A stretch of DNA of 4,509 bases, taken from IMG/VR virus record IMGVR_UViG_2529293044_000013, one strand, 5' to 3'. This document shows positions 1 to 4,509 of the stretch, piece after piece. This stretch comes from a virus (lineage: Monodnaviria > Loebvirae > Hofneiviricota > Faserviricetes > Tubulavirales). The notes below the pieces were generated by a model. The model saw only the letters and a list, made by a program, of their open reading frames with translations, ran no database searches and had not been told where the DNA came from. The position numbers and the translations under genes were made by a program. Every line of letters begins with the position of its first letter. Position 1 is the first letter of the stretch.

Positions 1-399
<399 letters not shown>

Positions 400-416
400 A
401 ATTCACCACCTGATTA

Positions 417-2012
<1,596 letters not shown>

Positions 2013-2016
2013 TTCA

Positions 2017-2187
2017 TCACCAGTAAAAACTAAATGGTTTTACAATTCGACGGAAATCCTGATCGGCTTTTTCAAGAATAACTGAAACAACATATTCTTC
2101 AATGGTTGTATTTTTATTGTAAATAATTCTTTCTATCTGCTCGACAGTGTATTCTGGCAATTTAACTTTAAATTCTTGAGTAGACAT
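2017..2187 (-). CDS. Unlisted small ORF, 56 aa, hydrophilic, function unknown; stop overlaps the RBS region of the pIII-like gene
   Basis: Hand translation of the minus strand: ATG at 2187..2185 preceded by GAGG (tttgtGAGGttttATG). Product [56 protein letters not shown], stop TGA at 2019..2017, 5 nt before the pIII ATG. Below the apparent length cutoff of the ORF track. Confidence 0.4.
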   Translation of the reverse strand: MSTQEFKVKLPEYTVEQIERIIYNKNTTIEEYVVSVILEKADQDFRRIVKPFSFYW

Positions 2188-2277
2188 AAAACCTCACAAA
2201 TTAGATTTAAAGCCAATGACGCAACATAACCCACAAAGGGAACCAAACATCATAAAAATAAAATCAAACATAAATAT

Positions 2278-2305
2278 CCAAAAAAAGGGCGGAATATCCG
2301 CCCTT
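2278..2305 (-). terminator. Rho-independent terminator directly downstream of the major-coat-like gene
   Basis: Plus strand aaaaaaaGGGCGGaatatCCGCCCtt. On the minus-strand RNA this is an 8-bp GC-rich stem (AAGGGCGG / CCGCCCUU) with a 5-nt loop, followed by a run of U (seven A on the plus strand at 2280-2286). The major-coat stop is at 2322-2324. Confidence 0.75.
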
Positions 2306-2321
2306 CCTCATAAAAAACAAC

Positions 2322-2570
2322 TCAGATACTTCTGATGGCTCCCCATACTTTACGAACGCCAGCAAAAGTCAGATAAACTGTAACTCCTGCAACACCGATA
2401 GAAAGAATAACAGCAGAAACAGAAGACATATCAATACTGTTAGTCAATGATGAAAAATCGACTGTACCAGCAAAAGACGGAGATACAGCAAGAGCAGAAG
2501 CAGCGGAAAAAGATAAAGCTGCAACTTTCTTATCAACACCCTTAAAAAAATTGGTCATTTTTGCAAACAT
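2322..2570 (-). CDS. Major coat protein (pVIII-like), 82-aa precursor
   Basis: Start chosen at the ATG at 2570..2568 because AAGGAG lies ~9 nt upstream (ttaatAAGGAGactttaattATG); the track ORF 2322..2630 is a 5' over-extension. Product MFAKMTNFFKGVDKKVAALSFSAASALAVSPSFA / GTVDFSSLTNSIDMSSVSAVILSIGVAGVTVYLTFAGVRKVWGAIRSI: signal-like leader, then ~48 aa with acidic N-terminus, hydrophobic core and basic C-terminus, the classic inovirus major coat layout. Followed by the intrinsic terminator. Confidence 0.75.
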   Translation of the reverse strand: MFAKMTNFFKGVDKKVAALSFSAASALAVSPSFAGTVDFSSLTNSIDMSSVSAVILSIGVAGVTVYLTFAGVRKVWGAIRSI

Positions 2571-2572
2571 AA

Positions 2573-2746
2573 TTAAAGTCTCCTTATTAAACTCCAAATT
2601 GTGGAAATAATCATGCCAAGAAAAAAACAAAATACTGGCAGTGAAAATCCCGTTAAAAACGCCGAGGAATAAATCCCCGACACATCAGGTATCCCCACGC
2701 AAATAGCATTAATTTGCGTGGAAACTGAATCCGAATTAACAGACAT
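2573..2746 (-). CDS. Unlisted small ORF, 57 aa, small membrane protein; candidate minor coat protein (pVII/pIX-like position)
   Basis: Hand translation: ATG at 2746..2744, 4 nt after the TAG stop of the upstream gene; stop TAA at 2575..2573, 2 nt before the major-coat ATG. Product MSVNSDSVSTQINAICVGIPDVSGIYSSAFLTGFSLPVFCFFLGMIISTIWSLIRRL: acidic/polar N-terminus, ~20-residue hydrophobic segment, basic C-terminus. Weak RBS. Contains the 10-bp inverted repeat at 2695..2721. Confidence 0.4.
   Translation of the reverse strand: MSVNSDSVSTQINAICVGIPDVSGIYSSAFLTGFSLPVFCFFLGMIISTIWSLIRRL
2695..2721. other. Perfect 10-bp inverted repeat with 7-nt loop (potential RNA/DNA hairpin)
   Basis: ccacgcaaat (2695-2704), agcatta (loop), atttgcgtgg (2712-2721); the arms are exact reverse complements. 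No U-tract follows on either strand, so it is not a canonical intrinsic terminator. Confidence 0.5.
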
Positions 2747-2750
2747 AAAA

Positions 2751-4509
<1,759 letters not shown>

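Noticed and set aside
2188-2280. Promoter for the pIII transcription unit (tctaat as a possible -10 near 2200)
   Set aside because: Only a weak -10-like hexamer with no convincing -35 at 16-18 bp spacing; too weak to call from sequence alone.
2571-2630. N-terminal extension of the track ORF 2322..2630 (MFFSWHDYFHNLEFNKETLI...)
   Set aside because: The ATG at 2570 has a strong AAGGAG RBS and gives a typical coat-protein leader; the upstream extension overlaps the 3' end of the small 57-aa ORF in another frame and is more likely a long-ORF artefact.

Overview
Almost the whole window is the minus-strand core of a filamentous-phage (inovirus-like) prophage, and the right edge is the left end of an IS100-like (IS21-family) insertion sequence. 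Reading the minus strand from high to low coordinates: a rolling-circle replication initiator (3096..4163), a translationally coupled ssDNA-binding-like gene (2751..3086), an unlisted 57-aa small membrane-protein ORF (2573..2746), a major-coat-like gene (2322..2570), a strong intrinsic terminator (2278..2305), an unlisted 56-aa hydrophilic ORF (2017..2187), a 531-aa pIII-like adsorption protein (417..2012) with an 18-bp tandem-repeat Gly-Thr/Ser linker, a hydrophobic pVI-like ORF (130..399), and the start of a further gene running off the left edge. The IS element begins about 2 nt from the rep ATG, so the native rep upstream region is missing from this locus. Nothing here looks like a new defence or toxin system; the interesting points are the IS/rep junction, the expandable repeat in pIII, two unlisted small ORFs, and an unusual gene overlap at the left edge. 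All family assignments are from reading the translations by eye and from memory, with no database search.
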